Part shown: positions 1 to 10,634 of the stretch, piece after piece
Layout of the letters: each line of letters starts with the position of its first letter
Position numbering within the stretch: the first letter of the stretch is position 1
Sequence record: MH791411.1
DNA length: 64,000 nucleotides
Source: Escherichia phage Ecwhy_1
Direction: 5' to 3' (one strand)
Notes under the pieces: generated by a model
What the model was told of the DNA's origin: nothing
Databases searched by the model: none
Seen by the model: only the letters and a program-made list of their open reading frames with translations
Made by a program: the position numbers and the translations under genes

Positions 1-495
1 TTCTGAATCTATTTTACTATACAAATCGAACATGTCAAGTAGATATTGATATGTATATGACTCCGATGACACACATGATTCTTGAAATAGACGTTCTTCC
101 ATATCATTTACTACTTCATCATTTGCGTCTCGAATCACACCATCTTTGTATGTGTAGTAAATCTCATCCCATTCATCTGATAAGCGGAATAGTAAAGGTT
201 TACCATTAAACATCTCAAGGTCATATGCATTGACTTCACTCAATAACATATCATCAGGATCAGGTGTGAAATCGAATTGAGCGAGTGAAGAACCATCATA
301 ATCCTTAAGGAATACACCAATAGCATTCAATTTAACTTCGCCATAATTGCCATTCTTGAACTTTACACGAATATTAATATCAATGTTTTGAACAGTATCA
401 TCATCTTGGAATTGATAATCAATTTTATACTTTTCCCAAAGTTTTTTAATATCTTTAAAGTACTTAATTTTACTTTCTATTTCTTTAAAGTTCAT
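1..495 (-). CDS. Fam-A paralog, partial (3' end beyond window)
   Basis: ATG at 495-493 on minus strand, open to position 1; contains EERLFQES core. Confidence 0.5.
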   Translation of the reverse strand, partial: MNFKEIESKIKYFKDIKKLWEKYKIDYQFQDDDTVQNIDINIRVKFKNGNYGEVKLNAIGVFLKDYDGSSLAQFDFTPDPDDMLLSEVNAYDLEMFNGKPLLFRLSDEWDEIYYTYKDGVIRDANDEVVNDMEERLFQESCVSSESYTYQYLLDMFDLYSKIDSE

Positions 496-1087
496 CTGGA
501 ACCGCCATCTCTTGTATGTTCTTGCATTTTATCATTGCACAATTAGTATGTAAAATGATAGCGTACTTGTGTAATGATTTAATTTTATAACACTCATTAA
601 GTACTGAAATGATGCCCCATAACTCTTCTACATCAATAGTGATAGGTTCACTAGTACTAAGTTGCATTAGTGCTGCTTCCACATCATCTTTGTTATTGAT
701 TTTGAACTGCATACCACGTTTCAGTATTTTGGTTTTTGGGTTATACTCTGCCATTACATCACCTTCAGGGTAACCCTCGTGTAATAATAATGTAGTCTCA
801 TAATCTCCACAATTGAAATTAATTTCATCATAGTCAGGAACACAAATCATTCCTTCACCATATTGATTATCTACTGATTCGATTGTTAAAATACGCTGAT
901 GTTCATTACTCAGGATAATAGAATCATGCCAGTACTGCGTAGTGAATTTACTACGTTTCTTTTGACAGCACATACTTGACATGGGACCATACTTTTTATA
1001 TAGGGACTTCTTGAATGCTATCGCATCAGGAGCCACCTTAATAACTTCTCGAATTAGGTCAATAGCTTCTTGATAACTTTTTCTCAT
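485..1087 (-). CDS. hypothetical protein, divergent Fam-A
   Basis: track ORF 485..1123 trimmed to internal ATG overlapping upstream stop (ATGA); C-terminal LMQLSTSEP resembles Fam-A core. Confidence 0.5.
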   Translation of the reverse strand: MRKSYQEAIDLIREVIKVAPDAIAFKKSLYKKYGPMSSMCCQKKRSKFTTQYWHDSIILSNEHQRILTIESVDNQYGEGMICVPDYDEINFNCGDYETTLLLHEGYPEGDVMAEYNPKTKILKRGMQFKINNKDDVEAALMQLSTSEPITIDVEELWGIISVLNECYKIKSLHKYAIILHTNCAMIKCKNIQEMAVPDEL

Positions 1088-1635
1088 TTGTCGTACCCAT
1101 ATAAAATATGATCTAGTGTGCATTGTACTTCTTCATGGAAGAACAGTGGGTAAATTTGTATCAATTTTTCTTTAAGTTCAAGTGAATGGCATAATTCTAA
1201 TGCTTTGATACAATCTTCATATTGAACTAAGCTATGTATTGTACTTAACTGGAAATGTTGTTCTTCAGAGTAAGCTAAATCATATACCAAATTATCATCT
1301 AAAAGGTTTGATTTCTTTGAAGGATCAAGTACTGTGTTGCTATGACCTACCCAGAAAAAAGCATTGGTGTTCATATTATTACAACCCCAACCTGCCCCCA
1401 TTTTCTGGTGAATAGCAAAGACACAACTATCATAGAGATTAATACCAAGACGTTCTTCGTTGACATAAATCGTAACACCATCGATTGTCATGGTTATTTG
1501 GAAACGCATTGAACCTTCACTTCGTGAACGTGCACAGAAGCCAAGATAACGGTTAATAATTGTATTGATTTTATCTGCCCATCCTTCCACATCTTTGGAT
1601 GCACATAATTTAAAAAGATCATGACTTTGATTCAT
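1084..1635 (-). CDS. Fam-A paralog
   Basis: core EEQHFQLSTIH; tightly coupled to neighbours. Confidence 0.6.
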   Translation of the reverse strand: MNQSHDLFKLCASKDVEGWADKINTIINRYLGFCARSRSEGSMRFQITMTIDGVTIYVNEERLGINLYDSCVFAIHQKMGAGWGCNNMNTNAFFWVGHSNTVLDPSKKSNLLDDNLVYDLAYSEEQHFQLSTIHSLVQYEDCIKALELCHSLELKEKLIQIYPLFFHEEVQCTLDHILYGYDK

Positions 1636-1646
1636 GTAGTTCTCCG

Positions 1647-2228
1647 TTAATCAAGCATAAGTGGCATCATCGCCCATATCTTTTTCATAATCATATCTTC
1701 AGTAAAAACAAACGTTTTAGGTGCAGTATATGATATTGACAACCCAAATGGAAGTACGATTGCATCATCAATTATATTATGAATATCAAACCATGTTTTT
1801 ACACAATCATATGGTGGAAGTTCATGTATTGTACTTAACTGAAAGTATTGTTCTTCACCAAATGTACTGCAATCAATATCACAAATTTTAGTGAATTGAT
1901 GATTCCATTTAGATATAATACTGTTTTTATTATTGAACATATTAGTTCTATGCATGAAACCATTTCTGCTAATATGATTTGATATTGCGTTTTCTTCAAT
2001 ATCATTGCTTATTTTAAAATTCATGTCAAAGTTGTAGTGCGAACTCGACGATTCTTTGAATTTTAAATGAAAATAACGATTGTTATTAATTTCCATTTCA
2101 ATACAAAACACATCCGAATCAAAACGATTAAACTTGTAATCGTTGTCTTCAGGTAGAGTCTGTAGTTTTTTCATAACACCAAGCATAGGGTGCACTAAGC
2201 TTCTAATAAAATCATTAGTTATTTTCAT
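1647..2228 (-). CDS. Fam-A paralog
   Basis: core EEQYFQLSTIH. Confidence 0.6.
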   Translation of the reverse strand: MKITNDFIRSLVHPMLGVMKKLQTLPEDNDYKFNRFDSDVFCIEMEINNNRYFHLKFKESSSSHYNFDMNFKISNDIEENAISNHISRNGFMHRTNMFNNKNSIISKWNHQFTKICDIDCSTFGEEQYFQLSTIHELPPYDCVKTWFDIHNIIDDAIVLPFGLSISYTAPKTFVFTEDMIMKKIWAMMPLMLD

Positions 2229-2721
2229 AGTATTCCTTTAGAACTTTAAATGATTCAACAATACAATCTTGTGTGTAATTAGAACTATATACAATTGCAT
2301 TTGATTTGATTGACCACAGATATGACATAAAGGTTATAACACTACTACATGAACTTAATGTATTGTTTTGGAATTCATTTTCTTCAATGTTATCAGTACT
2401 GGTATTGATGAATTGGATAGTATCTTGTTTCTGATTAGACATTGAAACTAAAGTACAATCAGTATAAGGAGTGTACAAAAACGTCTCATTACTAATTGAA
2501 CTATCATTAGTATATGATGGTTTGGTAATATAAATCAAACGCATGATATCACGCTCAATACCCGATTTACGACTTTCCACTAAAGAAATCATATCTATAT
2601 TTTTCATATGATCAACATTGACATGGAACTTTTTGTTTAGAATTACATCTTTTGGGGAATTTTTATATGAAGATAAGATCTCATACATCTCAACTAATTC
2701 TCGTGCATTTAATAAACTCAT
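2215..2721 (-). CDS. hypothetical protein, divergent Fam-A
   Basis: EENEFQNN motif; start uncertain. Confidence 0.45.
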   Translation of the reverse strand: MSLLNARELVEMYEILSSYKNSPKDVILNKKFHVNVDHMKNIDMISLVESRKSGIERDIMRLIYITKPSYTNDSSISNETFLYTPYTDCTLVSMSNQKQDTIQFINTSTDNIEENEFQNNTLSSCSSVITFMSYLWSIKSNAIVYSSNYTQDCIVESFKVLKEYYENN

Positions 2722-3146
2722 GTTTTGTCTCTTAATGAAAGAATATCCTTAGTATAAACTGAAACTGAAATATGATTATATTTCATCATTAATTTATACA
2801 CATAAGAAGCTAGTACTAAATCGTAAATTAATTTAGTATCATACAGTACTCCGTATTGTAAAGCAAGTGAATCAATATCATCTTTACTTTCAATATCCAG
2901 AAATGTGCCGAAATATGTAGTACCGTAGAGATGAAAATTGGAATTAATGCAATCAATGCATTCATTGTCCAACAGAGTAGATGATGATGCCCTCGGTGAA
3001 TCCCAAATAGTCACTGCGTGTATGCCCTCAACGAACAAATCTATCCATATTTTGTGTCGTTGTCTTTTTTTTGTTTTATAATTTTCTGGATTTGAAAGTG
3101 TAGTTTCAATTATATCCCATATGTATAAGCATTCATCTCTTGTCAT
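2718..3146 (-). CDS. hypothetical protein
   Basis: long ORF in co-oriented gene train; no clear family motif. Confidence 0.4.
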   Translation of the reverse strand: MTRDECLYIWDIIETTLSNPENYKTKKRQRHKIWIDLFVEGIHAVTIWDSPRASSSTLLDNECIDCINSNFHLYGTTYFGTFLDIESKDDIDSLALQYGVLYDTKLIYDLVLASYVYKLMMKYNHISVSVYTKDILSLRDKT

Positions 3147-3724
3147 TATAGCACCTTATCCATTGCTGCATTTAATGCTTTTAAACGATCAACATTCAAA
3201 GTATTGAAGATGTACGTTCCTAAAATGTGGAAATCGAACTGGTACTTTTTGTATGTGTGATAAATTAAACTACAAAAAATAACAGTACTAAGAACCTCTT
3301 CAGGTATAACGGTGCTCATCTGAAACAGTTCTTCATCAACTGTACTTGATTCTGGATTGATAGCTTTTAACTCATACTCTTTATCACCGAATAGTACTTT
3401 AATATTATATAAAACACCAACAGTACTAATATGAAATGGATGGTGTGAAAAACTTCCATCATCATTAATTTGGATATCGGATCTAATCTCGCACTCTTCA
3501 TTACTTTTACTATTATTTTTTACAATACAAATATTCCTGGCACCAGAAATAGTAAGAATACCGTGATCGTAATATTCTTTGGACATACATTTAGATGAAA
3601 ATGACACATCACGAATGAGGTAATGTTTGTTAATTTCTTTGGCACTACCAACAATGTGTAGCATCTTTGTACTGATATCATATAGCTGTTGGTGTCGGGC
3701 TGTCATATAACTATAAGCGTTCAT
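3146..3724 (-). CDS. Fam-A paralog
   Basis: core EELFQMSTV. Confidence 0.55.
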   Translation of the reverse strand: MNAYSYMTARHQQLYDISTKMLHIVGSAKEINKHYLIRDVSFSSKCMSKEYYDHGILTISGARNICIVKNNSKSNEECEIRSDIQINDDGSFSHHPFHISTVGVLYNIKVLFGDKEYELKAINPESSTVDEELFQMSTVIPEEVLSTVIFCSLIYHTYKKYQFDFHILGTYIFNTLNVDRLKALNAAMDKVL

Positions 3725-4295
3725 ATGTATCCTTGATGTTTTTGATTGCCGTGTGTAGCTCTTTTAATGTATCGGATTCACAGTTAATGAACTTACTATA
3801 CATTACCAATTCACCAGTGTCAATAGCTTTTGCAGTTTCATAGCAAAGCATCATGTACTCAAACTCCTTGAAGTTGTCAAGTACTGATCTCTGGAAAATG
3901 TATGCTTCACGAATGTCTTCACTTTGATCTAGTTCTGGTGGAATTTCCAAATATGTATCATTCTCTACGTCATCAAAATTAGATTCAACAATTCGATTAA
4001 TATCTTCGTGTAAAGCATTGACAAATATCATGTTTGGAGTAATGGAACCAATTCGCTCACTATGCCTTGATGTACGGATATACATTGCCATAGTATCCCA
4101 TGAACCTTTTTTTGTCGTTCCATAATCGTAAACTTTATAAGACTCCAGTACTACTGAACCAAAACGATATGGTGATTTGCATTCAACTTTAAGACGATAA
4201 TTTCCAATAGGCTCATGTTCAGTAATGTTGTGCTTTTCAGATAGTTCTGCAATGTCATGCATCAATTTCATAATTTGAATGTGTTCAGCTTGCAT
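3711..4295 (-). CDS. Fam-A paralog
   Basis: core EAYIFQRSVL. Confidence 0.55.
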   Translation of the reverse strand: MQAEHIQIMKLMHDIAELSEKHNITEHEPIGNYRLKVECKSPYRFGSVVLESYKVYDYGTTKKGSWDTMAMYIRTSRHSERIGSITPNMIFVNALHEDINRIVESNFDDVENDTYLEIPPELDQSEDIREAYIFQRSVLDNFKEFEYMMLCYETAKAIDTGELVMYSKFINCESDTLKELHTAIKNIKDTYERL

Positions 4296-4858
4296 TATAA
4301 GTCCTCTAATTTAACAGGTACATGTTCATTGATGAACGTCTTAAGAGCCAGTACTAGATCTTCTAATTCTTCTGTACTGAATTTTAATATAGTTTTAAAG
4401 ATTATCAATTCATTTCTTTCTATAATCTTTGGAATTTCATATGCTAACATAAGATTGCGAACAGTACCAGCGTTGTGTATGAGGTTCGCATTGAATAAAA
4501 GTACATCGTACTCGTCTTTTTTAATTTTATAATTGTACTCTTCAATTACTTCATGTGTGTATGTATTCTTATAAGCAATTTTATTTTTATGAAATTTATA
4601 ACCAACAGTAACACTATCATCATAAAATGTAGAACGATAATCTTGTTTTCTATCGCCGGACGAAATGATGTGTAATGCGGTGTATTTGTCCTCAACATCT
4701 AACTCAATGTTTGCATAACTGTTAACAGTTTCATTCTTTAGGACATTAATGTTATATTTCTCATTAACTTTAATGTACTGGCGTGCACCATTATCATCAA
4801 TGAACTTAAAACAATGCTTTATCAACAATGTGATTTCTTTAATTAATTCAGTGCTCAT
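4295..4858 (-). CDS. hypothetical protein, possible divergent Fam-A
   Basis: ORF preceded by TTTACA-N17-TATAAT promoter (4886-4914) and AGGAGA SD. Confidence 0.5.
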   Translation of the reverse strand: MSTELIKEITLLIKHCFKFIDDNGARQYIKVNEKYNINVLKNETVNSYANIELDVEDKYTALHIISSGDRKQDYRSTFYDDSVTVGYKFHKNKIAYKNTYTHEVIEEYNYKIKKDEYDVLLFNANLIHNAGTVRNLMLAYEIPKIIERNELIIFKTILKFSTEELEDLVLALKTFINEHVPVKLEDL

Positions 4859-4945
4859 ATCTTCTCCTGTACTCTGTTAAAAGCGATTATAACACACCTG
4901 AATGCTCATGTAAAGCACTAAACACAAAAAGACCCATAAGGGTCT

Positions 4946-5464
4946 TTATTTTGGTAAAACGCTGTCAATGTACGCTAGAGCCTCATCTCGGAGGTACGTT
5001 CCATCTATTGTTATGTAATAATTCTTAGGGATATCACTCCCAATCTTCTCGTAAATTTTCATACATGATATCACATCTTCATCACAAATGGTACTCAATT
5101 GAAACTGTACTTCATCAGTTAAAGGTACGATATCATGTTTAGATGGGGGGTTGGTATTTTCATTCAAAACAATATCAAACAAATTAGGAGTATTCTTTGA
5201 CGAAATGTAACGATGTTTACTACGAATTACCATTCTCGACAGAGAAATACTGGAACTCCATCTTTGGTCCACATCTTCGTATGTTAACGCAATTAACATT
5301 TCATAATAATCTTGGAATTTCATTGATGCATAATATGTTTTGTCCTCACCGTACATTCCAAATGATTTGAATTCAATGTCACCTACATTGTGTGTATCGC
5401 TATCACTATTCACGAATTTTAAAAGACTGTTGATTAGTCTGATTAGAATATCATCTTTATTCAT
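4946..5464 (-). CDS. Fam-A paralog
   Basis: core EVQFQLSTI; start trimmed to ATG 5464-5462 just after upstream stop; terminator hairpin directly downstream. Confidence 0.55.
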   Translation of the reverse strand: MNKDDILIRLINSLLKFVNSDSDTHNVGDIEFKSFGMYGEDKTYYASMKFQDYYEMLIALTYEDVDQRWSSSISLSRMVIRSKHRYISSKNTPNLFDIVLNENTNPPSKHDIVPLTDEVQFQLSTICDEDVISCMKIYEKIGSDIPKNYYITIDGTYLRDEALAYIDSVLPK

Positions 5465-6023
5465 TATCAGATAACTCCCTGTGCATGTTGTATAAATCTC
5501 TAAAGTCCTGATAGAAATCTTTTTCTTCAAGAATATCTTTTAAACTAGGAATCTCATCCATAATCTCATCGATATCAGTTTCAATAGTAAAACCTGATTT
5601 ATAATTTTGTAAGAGATAACTAAAAGCAACAAGATAAAGAATTTCATTTGGTTTATGAATTAACATGTGTTGGAACATAACTGATTCTAAATCAGATTCA
5701 GTACTAAGGTCAGCATAACATGTATCGTTGGTGTCAATTCGTACTGTACTTGAATTTGGATTCCATGTAAAGCAATGTGTTCCAACTGTTCCCAAACATC
5801 CTACTCTTGTACTATCATTTGTTCCCAAAAAGATATAAAAATACGTTTCATCTGTATAATCGTATTTTTGTACTTTACCTTTTTTAAGGCATAAATCATT
5901 ATCCTTTCGAAAAGTTTTAGATGATAGTGTATCAATGATGCACATTAATGTTTTTGCAAATGCAATACAATGACGTAATTCAAGTCTATGGAAATTATAA
6001 TTAGTAAAATTCATAAAATTCAT
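5457..6023 (-). CDS. hypothetical protein, divergent Fam-A
   Basis: motif ESVMFQHML; ATGA overlap with upstream gene. Confidence 0.5.
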   Translation of the reverse strand: MNFMNFTNYNFHRLELRHCIAFAKTLMCIIDTLSSKTFRKDNDLCLKKGKVQKYDYTDETYFYIFLGTNDSTRVGCLGTVGTHCFTWNPNSSTVRIDTNDTCYADLSTESDLESVMFQHMLIHKPNEILYLVAFSYLLQNYKSGFTIETDIDEIMDEIPSLKDILEEKDFYQDFRDLYNMHRELSDNE

Positions 6024-6562
6024 AATTGTACCTTCAATATTTTATCAGCAATTGATATAACCTTATCACTGAATACATTACCAATCTCAATTCTTATATA
6101 CATCGCAGGTGGAATCTTTCCCTGAAGTGCATAATATGTTTGTATACCTAAGTACTCATTATTTGATAATGAAAATTTGATTCTCTCCATATCTATGTCT
6201 GATGTTGGTAAATCTAGTAGTTCATGGTTGTAGTCAACATTTTCAGTGTATATCTGTTCGACGTAATTTGAATGATCACTACTAATGTAGATACTATCAT
6301 CACGAATAATTACTTTATAATCAGAAGGTTCAAACTTATCTTTAGGAGAAAAGAAGACATCATCTATCTTCTCTTCTCGGACACCGAATAACAATTTACC
6401 ATCGTACTTTACATCAAGCATACTACCTAGAATAGTAATTACACAATGATCATCAATATTATGACGTAAAGAACGAGTCTTGTATTTTGGGTTAATGAAA
6501 ATTTTCATTAATTTTATACAAATGTCGGCAATGCATTTTACATTATCATTTTCTATGTACAT
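6020..6562 (-). CDS. hypothetical protein
   Basis: ORF in coupled gene train; start uncertain. Confidence 0.45.
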   Translation of the reverse strand: MYIENDNVKCIADICIKLMKIFINPKYKTRSLRHNIDDHCVITILGSMLDVKYDGKLLFGVREEKIDDVFFSPKDKFEPSDYKVIIRDDSIYISSDHSNYVEQIYTENVDYNHELLDLPTSDIDMERIKFSLSNNEYLGIQTYYALQGKIPPAMYIRIEIGNVFSDKVISIADKILKVQL

Positions 6563-7040
6563 CGTAAATCCTCTTTAATTCTTTTACATTTTTAATGAAT
6601 ACTTTCATTGCAGAGATCTCAAAAGCTAATGATTTAAATTTGCAGTACTTTTTAAAGTACGACATAATGAATAGCATTTTGAGTTCTTTTTCTGTGTAAA
6701 TTAAACTATTTTGAAAGTAACTTTCTTCTGATAAATCATCAAGAAAAGGATATACAACTCCATTTGGAGTCAAGAACATGACACGTTCACTCCAAGATCT
6801 AAATGAAATGTAATCAGTCTTACCACATTCATATAAGGAGTTTATCATGCCATCAATCATTAAGGAGAACTCAATACTGTATCCTAATCGTTGACACTTG
6901 TATCTCTTATCTTCTTTCTTTGTAATTACAAAGTGACGACCCAATGCGTCTTTGTTATCGAAAATGAAATCAACTGTCTCTAAACACTCCTTAGCGAACT
7001 TCATAGTTTCTCTGTACTTTCGGTTCATTAGTCTCTCCAA
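6546..7040 (-). CDS. Fam-A paralog
   Basis: core EESYFQNSLIY. Confidence 0.6.
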   Translation of the reverse strand: MERLMNRKYRETMKFAKECLETVDFIFDNKDALGRHFVITKKEDKRYKCQRLGYSIEFSLMIDGMINSLYECGKTDYISFRSWSERVMFLTPNGVVYPFLDDLSEESYFQNSLIYTEKELKMLFIMSYFKKYCKFKSLAFEISAMKVFIKNVKELKRIYDVHRK

Positions 7041-7441
7041 ACTTTACCAGGGAAGTGTTTCTCGTAGAACTCATCATCACTTAACATATAATCAGGTGTT
7101 TCTACTTCTATGGGTTTGTAGAATGTTTCTGGAATGTGTGTAATTTTATTGGGTAGTACTTTATGTTCGCGTAAAACCTTCTGTATAGCTCCTAGACGTT
7201 GTAAATCAATACAGCCCGGCAGAACTAAGCTGTACTGAAATAGCTCATCAGGGGTCATTATAGATACATCCTTGGCTTGTTTGATTTTATTGTTGGCATC
7301 AATGAATATATCAAATCCAAGTACTGCATTATAGCTTACATATGTTGTTTTGTTTTTGTCAATAGCTGCACTTAAACTATATCCATATATTCCATGTTGG
7401 TCAACAATGCATCGTTGCATAATTTTAATCATTTCGAACAT
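7028..7441 (-). CDS. Fam-A paralog
   Basis: core DELFQYSLVL. Confidence 0.55.
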   Translation of the reverse strand: MFEMIKIMQRCIVDQHGIYGYSLSAAIDKNKTTYVSYNAVLGFDIFIDANNKIKQAKDVSIMTPDELFQYSLVLPGCIDLQRLGAIQKVLREHKVLPNKITHIPETFYKPIEVETPDYMLSDDEFYEKHFPGKVWRD

Positions 7442-7784
7442 AATTTACCTCGTATGTGTTATAATTCCACGTTTTAACACTATCCATTTGTATATCCTGA
7501 ACTTCATGGAAATATTTAAGTACCTTCTGGTATTCCATTAGTTCGTACACATCTTCAGTATTGACAGTGCTCTCCTGAAACAATTCCTCTTCTGATAAAG
7601 TACTATAATCAGGGATTTTTATTTCAGAATATATCTCATTCATATATGAATCATTTTGGTAAATCTGTAGATAAAACTGATTATATTCAGGGATATAGGT
7701 TACGAAATGGTTCTTGATGAATTCATATCTTGAAGCAAAGCAATCATTGCCATCCGTCATGTACTGAATTGTTGTATTATGCAT
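7425..7784 (-). CDS. Fam-A paralog
   Basis: core EEELFQESTV. Confidence 0.6.
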   Translation of the reverse strand: MHNTTIQYMTDGNDCFASRYEFIKNHFVTYIPEYNQFYLQIYQNDSYMNEIYSEIKIPDYSTLSEEELFQESTVNTEDVYELMEYQKVLKYFHEVQDIQMDSVKTWNYNTYEVNYVRND

Positions 7785-8259
7785 TCAAATAATCCACACA
7801 TTTATAGTATACTGCTAAATCTAAAAAGAATCGTTGTTTGTATTTGTAATGATGAAGTAGTGCACCATAAAGTAATATAGCATTAAGTACTTTTGCATCA
7901 TGAATACAAGACCCTTGGAAGTACATTTCTTCTGTCATGAAAACTAACTCATTGTACGGGATAAGCACTGAATCTCTAAATGTATCAATGTTAATCTTCA
8001 AATCGGACCCTTGGCAATATGAAATATATTCACCTCGGTAATGAAAGTCATTATCGTCAAAGTACTCAGCATATACTTGATTGTCCCTATTATTTTTAAA
8101 GGCAAGTCTTCCTTTGGTTGAACTGAATTGGTCATATTGGAACATTCCACCAAAAGGCATTCCACCGAAAGGTTGGGGACTTCTGAACTCCTTTGCAATG
8201 CGATGAATGTTAGATGCAAATTCTAAAACACCATCGTAATCATATTCTGTTGTAATCAT
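7777..8259 (-). CDS. Fam-A paralog
   Basis: core EEMYFQGSCI. Confidence 0.6.
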   Translation of the reverse strand: MITTEYDYDGVLEFASNIHRIAKEFRSPQPFGGMPFGGMFQYDQFSSTKGRLAFKNNRDNQVYAEYFDDNDFHYRGEYISYCQGSDLKINIDTFRDSVLIPYNELVFMTEEMYFQGSCIHDAKVLNAILLYGALLHHYKYKQRFFLDLAVYYKCVDYLNA

Positions 8260-8738
8260 AGACCATTTTTCTCCATGTACTCAATGATTTCATCTACGAA
8301 GTTTAAATCCATATAGAATCTATCATCTGCGTCATTGAGTTCATCTTTAAGTACTGTAAAAATTGTAGAACTAAACACGATTCTCTCATTGTACAAAGTA
8401 CTGTACTGGAAGAATTCTTCTTCTGATCTAACATTAAATGTGTCATATTCATATTCATCATCATTAAATCTAGGATGATAGTACTTAAAACTATCAGATG
8501 TATGGAAACAATATGAGATAAAATCCCCTGATGGTGCATCGTCAAGTACACGAATACCACAGAAATTCTCATCTGTAGTATGCAACAAATTGCTATTCAT
8601 TGACAAATAATTTTTGTACGCATAAAGTGTGCATCGTGGGAGAATTATATTCTCTTTAACTGTTACAAAGAACTTATGAAGTTTAATGATATTTTGTGCG
8701 ATTTTTTGTGCATTGCTAAATGATAGGTCTTTGGACAT
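8256..8738 (-). CDS. Fam-A paralog
   Basis: core EEEFFQYSTLY; own promoter TTGACA-N18-TGaTATAAT upstream. Confidence 0.6.
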   Translation of the reverse strand: MSKDLSFSNAQKIAQNIIKLHKFFVTVKENIILPRCTLYAYKNYLSMNSNLLHTTDENFCGIRVLDDAPSGDFISYCFHTSDSFKYYHPRFNDDEYEYDTFNVRSEEEFFQYSTLYNERIVFSSTIFTVLKDELNDADDRFYMDLNFVDEIIEYMEKNGL

Positions 8739-8771
8739 TGTGATATAACCCTTTACAATTAATATAAAGAG

Positions 8772-8801
8772 ATTATATCACAAAGATTTGGAGGGTGTCA
8801 A
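8772..8801 (-). promoter_or_regulatory. sigma70-type promoter with extended -10 (TTGACA ... TGaTATAAT)
   Basis: read on minus strand; 10-bp inverted repeat TGTGATATAA/TTATATCACA (8739-8782) spans -10 and leader. Confidence 0.5.
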
Positions 8802-9331
8802 GAGTTCTCACGAAGTTCTACCATTTCTTTCCATACTAAATGGTAATCTTCTAAGTCCAGATAGAAGTCTTCATTTAAGTGCTCATATAAGTACTTGTAC
8901 ATGAATAGTACACCTAAATTGTATTCAGTATTAAGTAATGATTGTTGGAAGTAGTTTTCTTCATTTAGTTCTATATCCATGAACTCAAATCTACCTAGAC
9001 CTTTTAATGTACGTATCTCAACATGTGAAGTATCTGTTTTACTGAAGCACATGAATCCACCTCTAAATTCGGGATCATATTCACATTCATACTGTCCACT
9101 GTTATTATAGAAATCTCTATTACCATCCTTATCTTTTGGCTTAACAACTGATACGTGAAGGTCGTCATCTTTGTACATTGTACGTTCTGGCGTTTTCACA
9201 CATTTTAACTTATTTTCTTTAATGTACTTGATAATATCAATTATATCTTGTGCAGTACTGATTGCTGCCTCGAACGTATCCAACTTAAGATGATTGTATT
9301 GTGTACCCTTGTTCTTTATTTTATCTAACAT
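8798..9331 (-). CDS. Fam-A paralog
   Basis: core EENYFQQSLL; track start is GTG at 9388, trimmed to ATG 9331-9329 with GAGG SD 8 nt after upstream stop. Confidence 0.55.
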   Translation of the reverse strand: MLDKIKNKGTQYNHLKLDTFEAAISTAQDIIDIIKYIKENKLKCVKTPERTMYKDDDLHVSVVKPKDKDGNRDFYNNSGQYECEYDPEFRGGFMCFSKTDTSHVEIRTLKGLGRFEFMDIELNEENYFQQSLLNTEYNLGVLFMYKYLYEHLNEDFYLDLEDYHLVWKEMVELRENS

Positions 9332-9338
9332 ACTAACC

Positions 9339-9677
9339 TCATAATTCATACATCTTTGATTTGAATTGCATTGGTCCACCAACTTCACATGGATAATTTT
9401 CCATAATACGATTCAAAAGTATCTGGTACTGTTGTAGTACTTCAATTTCCAAATGTATACTACTATCCAGTACTAATGACTCCTGGAACAATTCACCTGT
9501 ATCTAAACATGAAAAATCATTTATAGTTAGCATTGGCTTATCATTGGTACGCAATGTAAATGATTCCTCATTTCGGATTAATGTACAGAATTCATTATGT
9601 TTTCTGTTATAATCCATTTTAACCAATAATAACTTAGTGTGAGTTGCGTACATTATTTTTACTAATTCAGTCTTCAT
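9339..9677 (-). CDS. Fam-A paralog
   Basis: core GELFQESLVL. Confidence 0.6.
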   Translation of the reverse strand: MKTELVKIMYATHTKLLLVKMDYNRKHNEFCTLIRNEESFTLRTNDKPMLTINDFSCLDTGELFQESLVLDSSIHLEIEVLQQYQILLNRIMENYPCEVGGPMQFKSKMYEL

Positions 9678-10026
9678 AACGGAATAAAATTCTCCTGTAC
9701 TGCTCCGGCTTAGTACTCAATCTCTTCACCGGATAATTGTCGAAGATCCTTTTCATTTCTTTCTGGATTAAACAAAGAAAATCAAAATCACAATAGTATT
9801 TTTTATCCCATACTAAACTTTCTTGAAATAACTCATCTTCTTGCATTAGCGTAGTATCAATTGTATCTTCACGTGTATTTGAGTACGCTTCATGACATTG
9901 AAAACCATCTTCTGATAATTCTAATGTATATGCCGCCATTTCAAACATATCATCATTTGTCTTTAACGAAAGTAAACAACAAACGTATTTTTTCGTTGTG
10001 TAGTACGTAATACTAATGGTATTCAT
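9667..10026 (-). CDS. Fam-A paralog
   Basis: core EDELFQESLVW. Confidence 0.6.
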   Translation of the reverse strand: MNTISITYYTTKKYVCCLLSLKTNDDMFEMAAYTLELSEDGFQCHEAYSNTREDTIDTTLMQEDELFQESLVWDKKYYCDFDFLCLIQKEMKRIFDNYPVKRLSTKPEQYRRILFRYED

Positions 10027-10031
10027 GGCAT

Positions 10032-10634
10032 TTAAACCTCAGTATAAAGCTTACAATAGCTTTCATCGAAATCAAAAATACTTCTCAAGAACTGACAAAG
10101 GTCAGTAAAAATATTTACATTTGCTATATACACATTATCAAATTCTGTTCTTTCGAAGAATGTATGCATAGAATTTGTAATATATCTCATTGCAGATTCA
10201 CGCTGCATTGTTATATCATTTGTGAACATTGCATCTTCATCAGTACTGACTAATTCAATATCAAATGATTGCATATATGGGATACTCTTCCCTAGTGCAA
10301 AGCTATCACCGTATGATGCTTCAACTGCACCTTTAGAATACACCAATTGATATAAGTCCGAAATAGGGTTATAAAAAGTACGACATATTGATGAACATAA
10401 TTTATTATCTATCCAAAAGAAAACCCTATTTGTATTACCGTCAAATGCTATACGCAATCCATCACCATCTAACGATATATCACCATCGAGATTAAAAGAG
10501 AACTGAACTAATGCTTTTTCTAAGTCCATTCTTTTGTGATAAATGATTTCTTGCATATAGATAATATCATTTACTAATTTCTTAAAATACAAATGAACCT
10601 CAGTACTACAACATTTATTTGCATTTAATAACAT
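10032..10634 (-). CDS. hypothetical protein, degenerate Fam-A
   Basis: ORF in gene train; motif degenerate (DEDAMFTND). Confidence 0.45.
   Translation of the reverse strand: MLLNANKCCSTEVHLYFKKLVNDIIYMQEIIYHKRMDLEKALVQFSFNLDGDISLDGDGLRIAFDGNTNRVFFWIDNKLCSSICRTFYNPISDLYQLVYSKGAVEASYGDSFALGKSIPYMQSFDIELVSTDEDAMFTNDITMQRESAMRYITNSMHTFFERTEFDNVYIANVNIFTDLCQFLRSIFDFDESYCKLYTEV

Noticed and set aside
7998-8219. Nested same-strand ORFs in alternative frames (7998..8219, 8303..8572, 14234..14479, 14593..14808, 15275..15496, 21248..21616, 23247..23471, 44598..44828)
   Set aside because: Contained within longer ORFs that carry the conserved family motifs; low-complexity or hydrophobic translations typical of off-frame AT-rich sequence.
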